NCBI GenBank assembly: GCA_045804645.1
Contig: JBJMMR010000041.1
Coordinates: 9,474-73,473, forward strand
Reading direction: 5' to 3'
From: Chloroflexota bacterium
GTDB lineage: Bacteria; Chloroflexota; Limnocylindria; Limnocylindrales; CSP1-4
DNA: 64,000 bases
Part shown: positions 28,288 through 37,779 of the stretch, piece after piece
How the letters are laid out: each line of letters begins with the position of its first letter
Numbering within the stretch: the first letter of the stretch is position 1
Translations under genes and position numbers: made by a program
The notes under the pieces: model-generated
Told to the model about the DNA's origin: nothing
The model's input: only the letters and a program-made list of their open reading frames with translations
Databases searched by the model: none

Positions 28288-29624
28288 GCGCCGCGGCCCC
28301 AGCGATCGAGTATCACGAGGCGCTCGCCGCGCTCGCCGCGCGTGGCCGATTCGGGATCAGGCTGGGGCTCGGACGGACGCGTGCCCTGCTCGCCGCGCTC
28401 GGCGATCCGCAGCGATCGATCCGGGGTGCACTCGTCGGTGGCACGAACGGCAAGGGCAGCGTGCTCGCGCTCGCAGGCTGCGCGCTTCGAGCCGCCGGGC
28501 TCCGGGTCGGCCAGACCCCGAAGCCCCACCTGGTCAGCTACCGCGAGCGCGTGGAGATCGACGGCCATCCCATCGGTGCGCAGGACTTCACACGGCACGT
28601 CGATGCCGTCCTGGCCGTCGCGGACCGCGTCGCGAGACGCCACGGGGAGCCGACCGAGTTCGAGCTTCTGACCGCGGTGGTGTTCCGACACTTCGCCGAG
28701 GCCGGCATCGATGTCGCGCTCGTCGAAGTCGGGCTTGGCGGACGACTCGACGCGACGCATGCCTGGGACGGGGGCGTTGCCGCCGTGACGAATGTCGCCC
28801 TCGATCACATGGATCAGCTCGGGCCGACGATCCACGCGATCGCCCGTGAGAAGGCAGCGATCATCGAGCGCGGAGACCGCGCCGTCACGGGCGCGGAGGG
28901 CGAAGCTCTGGGCATCATCCGCCGCCGCGCGCGGCGGATGGGCGCACCACTGACCGTTGTCTCGCCCGCTCCGATCGTCGACTGGGATCGCGACGGGCTG
29001 ACCGTCGAACTGCCGCGGCTCGGGCGCGCCCGGGTCGGATTGCGTGGCCGACACCAGGCAGCCAACGTGGCAGTCGCCGACGCTGTCCTCGACGCTCTCG
29101 AGGACGGCGGCATCGCCACTGCGGACGACGACGCGCGGCGGCGTGGGTACGCCAGCGCGGTGTGGCCCGGCAGGCTCGAGCTCGTGTCGCGCGCCGACGT
29201 CGACGTCCTGCTCGATGGCGCGCACAACCCGGCCGGCGCATCGGCGCTGGCGCAGGCGATCGACGACCTCCGGCCCCACCTCGCGCCCGGACCCGTGACG
29301 CTGATGATGGCCGCGATGGCCGACAAGGACGTGGACGGGATCATCGACGCGCTGGCCGGCGCAGCCGCCCTCCTCGGCGCGACGGTGATCGCGACGAGCG
29401 TCGACGCAAAACGCGCGATGTCGGCGGACGAACTTGCCGCGCGCTGGCGGGGACGAGCGCCGCGCGTCGCGGAGGTCGCCGCTGTGGCAGATCCGCTCGA
29501 GGCCCTGGACCGCGCGGCCGCGCGCGGAGGCACCGTCGTCGTCGCCGGGTCGCTCTACCTCGTCGGCGCCATCCGTGGACACCTCGTCAACGACCCGGAA
29601 CTGCGTGACCCGCCGGCGCTATGA
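28284..29624 (+). CDS. folC: Folylpolyglutamate synthase/dihydrofolate synthase
   Basis: GTNGKGS, EVGLGGRLDAT, WPGRLE, DGAHN and GSLYLVG. Confidence 0.95.
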   Translation: MSAAAPAIEYHEALAALAARGRFGIRLGLGRTRALLAALGDPQRSIRGALVGGTNGKGSVLALAGCALRAAGLRVGQTPKPHLVSYRERVEIDGHPIGAQDFTRHVDAVLAVADRVARRHGEPTEFELLTAVVFRHFAEAGIDVALVEVGLGGRLDATHAWDGGVAAVTNVALDHMDQLGPTIHAIAREKAAIIERGDRAVTGAEGEALGIIRRRARRMGAPLTVVSPAPIVDWDRDGLTVELPRLGRARVGLRGRHQAANVAVADAVLDALEDGGIATADDDARRRGYASAVWPGRLELVSRADVDVLLDGAHNPAGASALAQAIDDLRPHLAPGPVTLMMAAMADKDVDGIIDALAGAAALLGATVIATSVDAKRAMSADELAARWRGRAPRVAEVAAVADPLEALDRAAARGGTVVVAGSLYLVGAIRGHLVNDPELRDPPAL

Positions 29625-30496
29625 CCTCGCAGAGCCCGGATCCGACGACCATCGGTCCGACGACGTTCCGGTGGGGAGAGCGAACCTACGTGATGGGGAT
29701 CATCAACGTGACCCCCGACTCGTTCTCGGGGGACGGCTTGATCGGGGGTGGCGATCCGCTTCGTGCGGCACTCGACCAGGCGCGACGGATGGTCGATGAG
29801 GGTGCCGACCTGCTCGACATCGGAGGCGAGTCGACCCGACCTGGGCACGCCCCCGTCGACGCGGCCGCGGAGATCGGCCGTGTGATCCCGATCGTGGCCG
29901 CCGTCCATGACGCCCATCCGGACGTCCCGCTGAGCATCGACACCACCAAGGTCGTGGTGGCCGAGGCCGCGCTCGCGGCTGGCGCGGCCCTGCTCAACGA
30001 CATATGGGGCGTCGGCCCCGACCCGGCGATGGCGGAGCTCGCCGCGACCGCTCGCGTCCCGCTGATCGTGATGCACAACCGCACCGAGGCGCGCTATGAC
30101 GATGTCGTCCGCGAGGTCGTCGCCGAGCTGGGCACCGCGCTCGATCGAGCCGAGCGACTGGGCGTCCCCGCCGACGACCTGATCGTCGATCCGGGCATCG
30201 GCTTCGGGAAGACCGCCGACCACAACGTGATACTCCTCCGCCACCTCGATGCGTTGACGTCGCTCGGGCGGCCGATCCTGCTCGGGACGTCGCGCAAGTC
30301 GACGATCGGTCGCATCCTCGACCTGCCGCCTGACGAGCGGCTCGAGGGAACGCTCGCAACGACGGCGCTCGGAGTCGCGTCTCGCGTCGATATCGTTCGA
30401 GTCCATGATGTGAGCGCGAACGTCCGCGCTGCCCGCGTCGCGGACGCGATCGTGCGTGGTCGATGGACGAGCGGACCAGAGGGAGGCCGCGCCTGA
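29621..30496 (+). CDS. folP: Dihydropteroate synthase
   Basis: MGIINVTPDSFS, GGESTRPG, DPGIGFGK, SRKS and RVHDV. Confidence 0.96.
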   Translation: MTSQSPDPTTIGPTTFRWGERTYVMGIINVTPDSFSGDGLIGGGDPLRAALDQARRMVDEGADLLDIGGESTRPGHAPVDAAAEIGRVIPIVAAVHDAHPDVPLSIDTTKVVVAEAALAAGAALLNDIWGVGPDPAMAELAATARVPLIVMHNRTEARYDDVVREVVAELGTALDRAERLGVPADDLIVDPGIGFGKTADHNVILLRHLDALTSLGRPILLGTSRKSTIGRILDLPPDERLEGTLATTALGVASRVDIVRVHDVSANVRAARVADAIVRGRWTSGPEGGRA

Positions 30497-30882
30497 GCGA
30501 TCGGATCGTGCTCGCGAACATGCGGTTCGAGGGCAAGCACGGTTACTACGACTGGGAGCTGCAGTCGACCCAGCCGTTCGAGGTGGATGTGGAGTTGGTC
30601 CGCAACCTCCAGCCGGCCGGCGTCGATGACGACCTGACCAAGACCGTTGACTACGGGCGCGTCTACGACATCGCGAAACAGGTCGTGGAATCGACCTCGT
30701 TCCGGCTGCTCGAGGCGATCGCCGAGGCCATCAGTCACGAGGTCCTCGTCGCCTTCGAGGTCGATGAGGTCGGCGTCCGTGTCCGCAAGCCGGCGGTCAA
30801 GCTCGGCGGACCCCTGGACCACGCCTCGGTCGAGATATGGCGACGACCGTCCGGGAAGGGCCCGAACGGTCGCCGTCGCTAA
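30493..30882 (+). CDS. folB: Dihydroneopterin aldolase (probable CTG start)
   Basis: DRIVL..F.GKHG, DDLTKTVDY, LLEAIA and RKP. Confidence 0.92.
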   Translation: MSDRIVLANMRFEGKHGYYDWELQSTQPFEVDVELVRNLQPAGVDDDLTKTVDYGRVYDIAKQVVESTSFRLLEAIAEAISHEVLVAFEVDEVGVRVRKPAVKLGGPLDHASVEIWRRPSGKGPNGRRR

Positions 30883-30910
30883 GGTGGCTTCGGCACGGGG
30901 TCGCCCCGGG

Positions 30911-32302
30911 TCAGCTGGCGGGGCGCGTCCCGAGCTTGACCTGGGCGGTCGTCTCCTGACCGTCGCGCAGGATCGTCAAGGTGACGGTGTCACCGGGTGC
31001 ATACATGCTGAGGGTCGCATCGAGCGGATGGTCGCCATCGATCGCCTGGTCGTTGATCTTGGTGATGATGTCGCCCTCCCGGATGCCCGCTTGATCAGCC
31101 GGACTGCCCGAGACGACCGCCGGGGCCGTCGCGTTGCCGCCCGCGGACCGCTGGACGAGCGCGCCCTCCTTGACGGGGAGGTTGTTCGCGTCGGCGAACT
31201 GCCGGTCGATCGAGCGGTACACGACGCCCATGTACGGGCGCGCCAGTTCCTTGCCCGCCACGGCCTGGTCCATGATCGGCCGGGCGATGTCGATCGGGAT
31301 CGCGAACCCGATGCCGTTCGAGTCGGCCGCGATGGCCGTGTTGATGCCGACGACGTTGGCGCCAGCGTCGAGCAGTGGACCGCCCGAGTTCCCCGGGTTG
31401 ATCGCGGCGTCGGTCTGGATCAGGTTGTTCAGGCTCTGATTACCGTCGGTCGTGATCTGGCGGCCCTTGGCCGACACGATCCCGCTTGTGACCGAGTTCG
31501 TATAGGTCCCGAGCGGGCTGCCGATCGCGACCACCAGCTGGCCAACCTTGAGCTCGCTTGACCGGCCGATATCCGCGACCGGGAGGTCGTTCCCATCGAT
31601 CTTCACGATGGCGAGGTCCGTCAGCGTGTCGATACCGTAGACGCGGCCCTGGAACACGCGTCCGTCGTTGAGCTCGACCTGCAGCCTGTCGTTGCCCTCG
31701 ACGACATGGTGGTTCGTCAGGATCCACCCGTGCGCCTCGTAGATCACACCGGAGCCGACACCGGTCTCGGGGATGACGCCCTGTGACGTGTCGACATTCC
31801 CGCTGACCGTGATGCGAACGACCGCCGGACTCGCCTTCGATGCCACGTCGACGGTCGCGGAGGACTCGTCGATCGTGACCGGCTGGTTCGTCGCGCCGAT
31901 GGTCGCTCCGGTCGGCGTCGTCGCGGTCGTCGCCGCCGGCTTGTCCAACGCGCCCGAAGCGTTCAGGGCGACGACCGTCCCACCTGACGCGAGGACGGCC
32001 GACAACAGTGCGGCACCGAGGATGGTGCCCATGCCGCGGTTCGTGCCGGAGCCACCCTTGACGGGGCCGTCGTGGACGGGACTGGCGGGAACTGTCGCGG
32101 CGGGTTCGTACCACCGCTCGGGCGTGGCGCCCGGTGTCGAGGCGGTGTCCTGGCCCGTCCATCCGGGCCGGGCCTCGGCCGGCGGAGGGGAGTAGCGCTC
32201 AGGCTCGCCCGAGGTCCGGATGACCGGCGGTCGTGCCGGCTCCGAGGGGACCTCGTGGCGCTGCGTGCTCTCCGGATCGTTCGATCGGGGATCTGTCATC
32301 AC
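30911..32302 (-). CDS. HtrA/DegP-like serine protease with PDZ domain
   Basis: TM segment, TNHHV, DLA, GNSGGPL and C-terminal PDZ domain. Confidence 0.94.
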   Translation of the reverse strand: MMTDPRSNDPESTQRHEVPSEPARPPVIRTSGEPERYSPPPAEARPGWTGQDTASTPGATPERWYEPAATVPASPVHDGPVKGGSGTNRGMGTILGAALLSAVLASGGTVVALNASGALDKPAATTATTPTGATIGATNQPVTIDESSATVDVASKASPAVVRITVSGNVDTSQGVIPETGVGSGVIYEAHGWILTNHHVVEGNDRLQVELNDGRVFQGRVYGIDTLTDLAIVKIDGNDLPVADIGRSSELKVGQLVVAIGSPLGTYTNSVTSGIVSAKGRQITTDGNQSLNNLIQTDAAINPGNSGGPLLDAGANVVGINTAIAADSNGIGFAIPIDIARPIMDQAVAGKELARPYMGVVYRSIDRQFADANNLPVKEGALVQRSAGGNATAPAVVSGSPADQAGIREGDIITKINDQAIDGDHPLDATLSMYAPGDTVTLTILRDGQETTAQVKLGTRPAS

Positions 32303-32370
32303 GTCCTTGGCTTCCTTGGCCCACCGTTCCTCTGGCCGGTGAGCGGCCAGTCACGGTTCGGTGTCGTTCT

Positions 32371-34077
32371 CTAGGGTGCCGACGCCGGGTTCACCTGCGG
32401 AGCGTCGGACGGTGAAGTTTCCGTCACGATGCGCTCGCCATCGTGAGAGGCGTCTGAGGGTCCGAGGGCCTCGTCGGTCGAGGTTGCGCCGGCCATCCGG
32501 CGCGTCCCTTCCGCGGCCGTCGCGACATCGGCCTGTTCGGCGGCAGGCGTCCCCTTCACGTTCCGCGGATCCAACGGGAGCCGCACCGTGAATCGGCTGC
32601 CGCTGCCCGGTCCGCTCTCGACGCTGACGCTGCCGCCATGGATATCGACGATCGAGCGGACGATCGCCAACCCCAGCCCGCTGCCCGAACCGCGTGCCTC
32701 GTTCGCGCGCGACCCACGGTAGAAGCGCTCGAAGATGTGCGGAAGCTCGTTGGCGTCGATGCCGACGCCTGTGTCGACGACATCGATCCGGGCACCGTCG
32801 GTCGTCGGTTCCACTGACACGCGCACGAGGCCGCCCCGGGGCGTGAACTTGACCGCGTTTCCGACGAGATTTGCGACGACCTGCCCGATCCGCGGTGGAT
32901 CGTGCCGGATGCGCACGGGCCGCGCCGGCAGGTCGAGTCGGATGTTGACGCCGCGCCGCTCGGCGAGCGCGTCGTGCTGATGCGTGGCCGATTCGACGGC
33001 CGCGCGGAGGTCGTCGGGCCGGAGATCGAGCAGGACGAGGCCCGAGTCGAGCTTCGAGAGCTCGAGCAGGTTCTGGGCGAGCCAGTCGAGCCGCTCGATC
33101 TGTCCGGCGCTCGACTCGAGGAATTCGCTCCGCGCGTCGGGGTCCTCGGCGGCGCCTTCCATGAGCAGCTGGTTGAAGGTGCGGAGCGCGGAGAGTGGGG
33201 TCCGGAGCTCGTGTGAGACGTCGGCGAGGAAATCGCGGCTCCGATCGCGGTCCCGCCGGATCAAATCGACGCTCTCGGCGAGGCGGTCGGCCATCGTGTT
33301 GAACTGGACCGCGAGCTCGCCGATCTCCGACGAGCCTTCGCTGAACTGCGCGGCGGGCACGCGCCTGGTGAGGTCGCCCTCTGCAAGGGCACGCGACGCG
33401 TCGGTCAGTTGGCGGATCGGGTTGGTGAAGCGTCGTGCGAGAGCCGCCGAAACGACGACCGCCAGACCCAGAGCGAACAACCCGATCGCGATGAGGAGCC
33501 CGGTCACGTTGTTGATCGCGGTCACGCGATACGTGTAGGGATCCGCGATCGTGATCTCCATCGTGTACCGCGCGTTCTCGGGTCCATCGGTCACCAGACC
33601 AACGACCGACGTGCGCTCGCGCGCTTGCCCGGGTCTTGGTGGCGCCTGGCGCTGCAGCACCACGGTGCCGTCCTCGGTCGGCACGAAACTCGTGTCGACA
33701 CCCGACCCCGTTGTCAGCCCGAAGCGAACGATGACATCCGCCTGCGCCGTTTGATCGGCGATCAGCTTCCGGACGAATTCGCTGTTGAACGCGCGCAGGA
33801 CGGTCGGGTTCACCGTGCCGTCGGGGAAGACCACGGCATGGCCACGATCAGCGGTGTCGGCCACGGACCGTACGAAGGCGCTGACGGTGGCGTGGCGCTC
33901 CTCGAGATCGGTCCGCTGCTGCCGGGTGAAGTAGTCATCGAGGCGGTTCAGGACGAAGACCGACACGAGCCCCAGCGTCAGGGCGATGACCATCGCGAAC
34001 GCAAGGCTGAGGCGCGCCTGGAGCGTGCGCGGCATCGCTCGGCGGAGACGGCGCAGCACGGAGAACCGCCGGGTCAC
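32371..34077 (-). CDS. HAMP-domain sensor histidine kinase
   Basis: Two TM segments, HAMP, SHELRTPL, NAVKFT, DTGVG and GSGLGL. Confidence 0.95.
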   Translation of the reverse strand: MTRRFSVLRRLRRAMPRTLQARLSLAFAMVIALTLGLVSVFVLNRLDDYFTRQQRTDLEERHATVSAFVRSVADTADRGHAVVFPDGTVNPTVLRAFNSEFVRKLIADQTAQADVIVRFGLTTGSGVDTSFVPTEDGTVVLQRQAPPRPGQARERTSVVGLVTDGPENARYTMEITIADPYTYRVTAINNVTGLLIAIGLFALGLAVVVSAALARRFTNPIRQLTDASRALAEGDLTRRVPAAQFSEGSSEIGELAVQFNTMADRLAESVDLIRRDRDRSRDFLADVSHELRTPLSALRTFNQLLMEGAAEDPDARSEFLESSAGQIERLDWLAQNLLELSKLDSGLVLLDLRPDDLRAAVESATHQHDALAERRGVNIRLDLPARPVRIRHDPPRIGQVVANLVGNAVKFTPRGGLVRVSVEPTTDGARIDVVDTGVGIDANELPHIFERFYRGSRANEARGSGSGLGLAIVRSIVDIHGGSVSVESGPGSGSRFTVRLPLDPRNVKGTPAAEQADVATAAEGTRRMAGATSTDEALGPSDASHDGERIVTETSPSDAPQVNPASAP

Positions 34078-34084
34078 CCGCGCC

Positions 34085-34783
34085 TCAGCGTTCCGCGAAG
34101 GCGTACCCGACGCCCCGGACCGTCAGGACGAAGGCGGGGGTCGCCGGGTCGTCCTCGATCTTCTCGCGGAGGTGGCTCACGTGGACGTTGATCGTCTTCT
34201 CGTCCTGGTCGAGCGCTTCGTAGTCGCGCAGCAGCTCGAGCAGTTCGCCGCGCGTGTAGACCCGACCAGGTCGTGACGCGAGATGACGCAGGATCTCGAA
34301 CTCCGTCGGGGTGAGGCTGACCCGGCGGTCGCCGCGTTGGACGCGGCGCCGCTCGAGGTCGATGACGAGATCGCGATGGCGCAGCACCCGCCCGCCCGCA
34401 GCATCGGCGAGATCCCCGTACGCGCGGCGGAGCAGCGCCTTGATCCGACTCAATAGCTCGCGAAGGCTGTACGGCTTGGTCAGGTAGTCGTCCGCCCCGA
34501 GCTCCAGCCCGATCACCTTGTCGACCTCGTCGTCCCGTGCCGTCAGCACGAGGATCGGCATCTTGCCGCTGGCTGCGCGGATCCGTCGCAGCACCTCGAA
34601 CCCATCGATGCCGGGAAGGCGGACGTCGAGTACGACGAGGTCCGGTGCTTCGCGCGTCGCGATCTCCAGGCCCTCTTCGCCGGAGCGCGCCACCCCGACG
34701 TCGTAGCCCTCCTGCTGGAGCGCGTACTGGATCCCGCGCGCGACCGCGTATTCGTCCTCGACGATCAGGATGGTCGCACTCAC
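34085..34783 (-). CDS. OmpR/PhoB family response regulator
   Basis: IVEDE, GADDYLTKP and TVRGVGY. Confidence 0.95.
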   Translation of the reverse strand: MSATILIVEDEYAVARGIQYALQQEGYDVGVARSGEEGLEIATREAPDLVVLDVRLPGIDGFEVLRRIRAASGKMPILVLTARDDEVDKVIGLELGADDYLTKPYSLRELLSRIKALLRRAYGDLADAAGGRVLRHRDLVIDLERRRVQRGDRRVSLTPTEFEILRHLASRPGRVYTRGELLELLRDYEALDQDEKTINVHVSHLREKIEDDPATPAFVLTVRGVGYAFAER

Positions 34784-34935
34784 CCCGGGGATGCTACGCC
34801 ACGGGAGTGATTCGGGCGGCAGCCTCGCCCGTGGTATCCTGCGGGCCGCTCCGGGCGCCTCGCCACACCGGCCCCGCCGGCGAGTCGCAGCCCGTATCGC
34901 TGAACCATCAACAGTCATCCCGAGGTCCGAAGTCC

Positions 34936-35643
34936 ATGGCAACCGCCCGCCCGACGTTGGCCGCCGAACCCCGCGAAGTGACCGGCAAGGCCGTCAAGAA
35001 GCTCCGCACCGCCGGCCGTCTTCCCGCGGTCGTCTACGGACACGGCGTCGACTCCAGCAACGTGACGATCGACGCCCACGAGTTCGACCTGCTCCGGAAG
35101 CGCGTCGGACCGAACGCGCTGATCGACCTGTCGGTCGACGGCAAGAAGTCGGACCCGGTCCTCATCAATGGCGTCCAGATCCACCCGGTGAGCCGGCGAC
35201 CGCTCCACGCGGACCTATTCCTCGTCCGGATGACCGAGGAGCTGACCGTCGACGTTCGACTCGTCCCGCAGGGCGAGGCGACGGCCGTGACACAGCTCGG
35301 CGGAACGCTGCTCCATCCGACCGAGACCGTGCGGGTCAAGGCGCTGCCGGACCACCTCCCGCAGTCGATCGAGTATTCGATCGAGGCGCTCGTCGACTTC
35401 GACGCGGCCATCCACGTGCGGGATCTCCCCATCCCGGACGACGTGACGCTCCTGACCGACCCTGACGAGGTCATCGCCAAGGTCCAGCAGCCGCGCGTCG
35501 AGGTCGAGGAGGAGCCCGTCGTCGCCGAAGGCGAAGAGGTCGCCGAAGGCGAAGAGGGTGCAGACGCGGCGGAAGGTGCCGCCTCGGGCGAGGCGCCGGC
35601 GGGCCAGTCCGGCTCCGAGGAGGGCTCCTCGCAAGGGGGCTGA
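34936..35643 (+). CDS. rplY: 50S ribosomal protein L25/Ctc
   Basis: GKAVKKLR..GRLPAVVYG, QIHPV..PLHADL and an acidic tail. Confidence 0.93.
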   Translation: MATARPTLAAEPREVTGKAVKKLRTAGRLPAVVYGHGVDSSNVTIDAHEFDLLRKRVGPNALIDLSVDGKKSDPVLINGVQIHPVSRRPLHADLFLVRMTEELTVDVRLVPQGEATAVTQLGGTLLHPTETVRVKALPDHLPQSIEYSIEALVDFDAAIHVRDLPIPDDVTLLTDPDEVIAKVQQPRVEVEEEPVVAEGEEVAEGEEGADAAEGAASGEAPAGQSGSEEGSSQGG

Positions 35644-35667
35644 AACGGCTCCCGCTACGAAGATCAA

Positions 35668-35698
35668 GGGCCCCCGGACCCCTTGGGTTCGGGGGTTC
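35668..35698 (+). terminator. Hairpin downstream of rplY
   Basis: gggcccccggaccc/gggttcgggggttc stem. Confidence 0.55.
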
Positions 35699-35821
35699 GT
35701 GGTCCTACGCAGCCGGGCCGCTCTCATGACGCTCTCAGCCACGGTCGGGACCATCTCCGACGAGGGATGACCACCAGACCGAAGACGGCGGCTCCGAGCC
35801 CACGGGTCCGCGAGGGCTCCC

Positions 35822-36838
35822 ATGACCGAATCCCGTGCACTTCACCCCCTTGCCGATCCCACCGATGGGCGGACGACCAGCGAGGCCGTCCTGTTCGAGA
35901 TCCGTCGGGTCATCGTCGGGCAGGACGCGATGCTGGAGCGAGTGCTCGTCGCGCTGCTCGCCGGCGGTCACCTTCTTCTCGAGGGCGTTCCGGGCCTGGC
36001 GAAGACGCTCACCGTCAAGACGCTGGCCGACGTCCTCGAAGCGTCGTTCCACCGCATCCAGTTCACGCCTGACCTGGTCCCGGCCGACCTCGTCGGGACC
36101 CGCATCTACCGCCCGGACAAGAGCACGTTCGATACGGAGCTCGGGCCGGTGTTCTGCAACTTCTTGCTGGCCGACGAGATCAACCGCGCTCCCGCGAAGG
36201 TCCAGTCCGCGCTCCTCGAGGTGATGCAGGAGCGACAGGTCACGATCGGTCCCGAGACCTTTCCCGTCCCGCGGCCGTTCCTCGTCATGGCAACGCAGAA
36301 CCCGATCGAAGCCGAGGGCACGTACCCGCTGCCTGAGGCGCAGGTCGACCGCTTCATGATGAAAGTCCGCGTCGATTACCCGACCGCGGTCGAGGAGTCC
36401 GTCGTCGTCCAGCGTTCGCTCGGCGCCGCCGCGGACGTCACCCCGATCCTCACGGCCGAGACGCTTGCCGCCCTCCAGAAGCTCACCGAGCAGGTCTATG
36501 TCGACCGGTCGATCGTCGACTACGCCGTCGCCCTGACCCGCGCGACCCGCGAGCCGGCGAGCATCGGTCTGCCAGGGGTGACGCCGTACATCTCGTACGG
36601 GGCGAGCCCGCGAGGGTCGATCTACCTGATCCACGCGGCACGCGCCTTGGCCGTCGTCCGGGGCCGCCGCTACGTCCTCCCGATCGACGTGACTGACCTG
36701 TCGCGGGACGTCCTTCGCCACCGGATCGTGCCGAGCTTCACGGCGCTCGCGGAAGAAGTGACCTCCGACATGATCCTCGACCGCCTCCTTCCCGCGGTGC
36801 CCGTGCCCCAGCTCGTCTCGACCGAGCAGACGGCATGA
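35822..36838 (+). CDS. MoxR family AAA+ ATPase
   Basis: EGVPGLAKT, RIQFTPDL, DEINRA and YPLPEAQVDRF. Confidence 0.95.
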   Translation: MTESRALHPLADPTDGRTTSEAVLFEIRRVIVGQDAMLERVLVALLAGGHLLLEGVPGLAKTLTVKTLADVLEASFHRIQFTPDLVPADLVGTRIYRPDKSTFDTELGPVFCNFLLADEINRAPAKVQSALLEVMQERQVTIGPETFPVPRPFLVMATQNPIEAEGTYPLPEAQVDRFMMKVRVDYPTAVEESVVVQRSLGAAADVTPILTAETLAALQKLTEQVYVDRSIVDYAVALTRATREPASIGLPGVTPYISYGASPRGSIYLIHAARALAVVRGRRYVLPIDVTDLSRDVLRHRIVPSFTALAEEVTSDMILDRLLPAVPVPQLVSTEQTA

Positions 36839-37779
36839 CGGCGGCATTCACGACCGACCGCCCGAAGGAGCGACCCGGGCCGGGCCCGACTCCCGTCGCG
36901 CTGCTCCGCGCGCTCGACCTGACCATCGGACGCCGCATCCACGGCGTCCTTCCCGGGGAATTCCGGGCGCACGACCTGGGCGGCGGACTCGAGCTCGCCC
37001 AGATCCGGCCCTACCAACCGGGCGACGACGTTCGCCGGATCGACTGGAACGTCACGGCGCGAACGACCGTCCCGCATGTGCGCGTCCACGTCCCGGAACG
37101 AGCCCTCACGACCTGGCTCGTCCTCGACCTCTCCCCGTCGATGACCTTCGGCACGGCGCTTCGCCGTAAGGCGGATGTCGCCGAAGGCGTCGCGCTCGCC
37201 GTCGGCCACCTTGCGACGCAACGCGGCAACCGGCTCGGGATCGTCACCTTCGGCGATGGCGCCGATCGACGCGTTCCGCCGCGCGTCGGCCGAGATGGCC
37301 TGTTGGCCACGCTGCTGGTCGCTCGCGGTGCGACGGGGGCGACCCACGAGCCGGCACCATCCGTGCTCGGCGTCAGCTCGCCGGCCGCGGCACTCCGGTT
37401 CGTCGCGGCGACCGCACCGCGCGGTGGCCTGGTGGTCGTCGTGTCGGACTTCCGTGGTCCGCGGGACTGGCTTCGGCCACTCGCCGCGGTCTCGGCGCGC
37501 CACGAGGTCGTCGCCGTCGAGATCGACGACCCGCGCGAGAGCGACCTGCCCGACGTCGGTGAGCTGACCCTCATAGACGCGGAAAGTGGTCGCGAGGTCC
37601 GGGTGGACACGTCGTCAGCCGCGCTTCGCGCGCGCTTCGCGGAAGCGGCCACGGCCGAACGTGCCGAGGTCACCCTGGAGCTGCGTCGCCTCGGCGTCGG
37701 CCACATCGTCCTCTCCACCGCGACGAGTTGGCTGCCTAGCCTCGCTGCGCAACTGCGCGTGCAGGGGAGGGCGTCATGA
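36835..37779 (+). CDS. DUF58 domain protein
   Basis: RPYQPGDDVRRIDWNVTAR and VVSDF. Confidence 0.92.
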   Translation: MTAAFTTDRPKERPGPGPTPVALLRALDLTIGRRIHGVLPGEFRAHDLGGGLELAQIRPYQPGDDVRRIDWNVTARTTVPHVRVHVPERALTTWLVLDLSPSMTFGTALRRKADVAEGVALAVGHLATQRGNRLGIVTFGDGADRRVPPRVGRDGLLATLLVARGATGATHEPAPSVLGVSSPAAALRFVAATAPRGGLVVVVSDFRGPRDWLRPLAAVSARHEVVAVEIDDPRESDLPDVGELTLIDAESGREVRVDTSSAALRARFAEAATAERAEVTLELRRLGVGHIVLSTATSWLPSLAAQLRVQGRAS

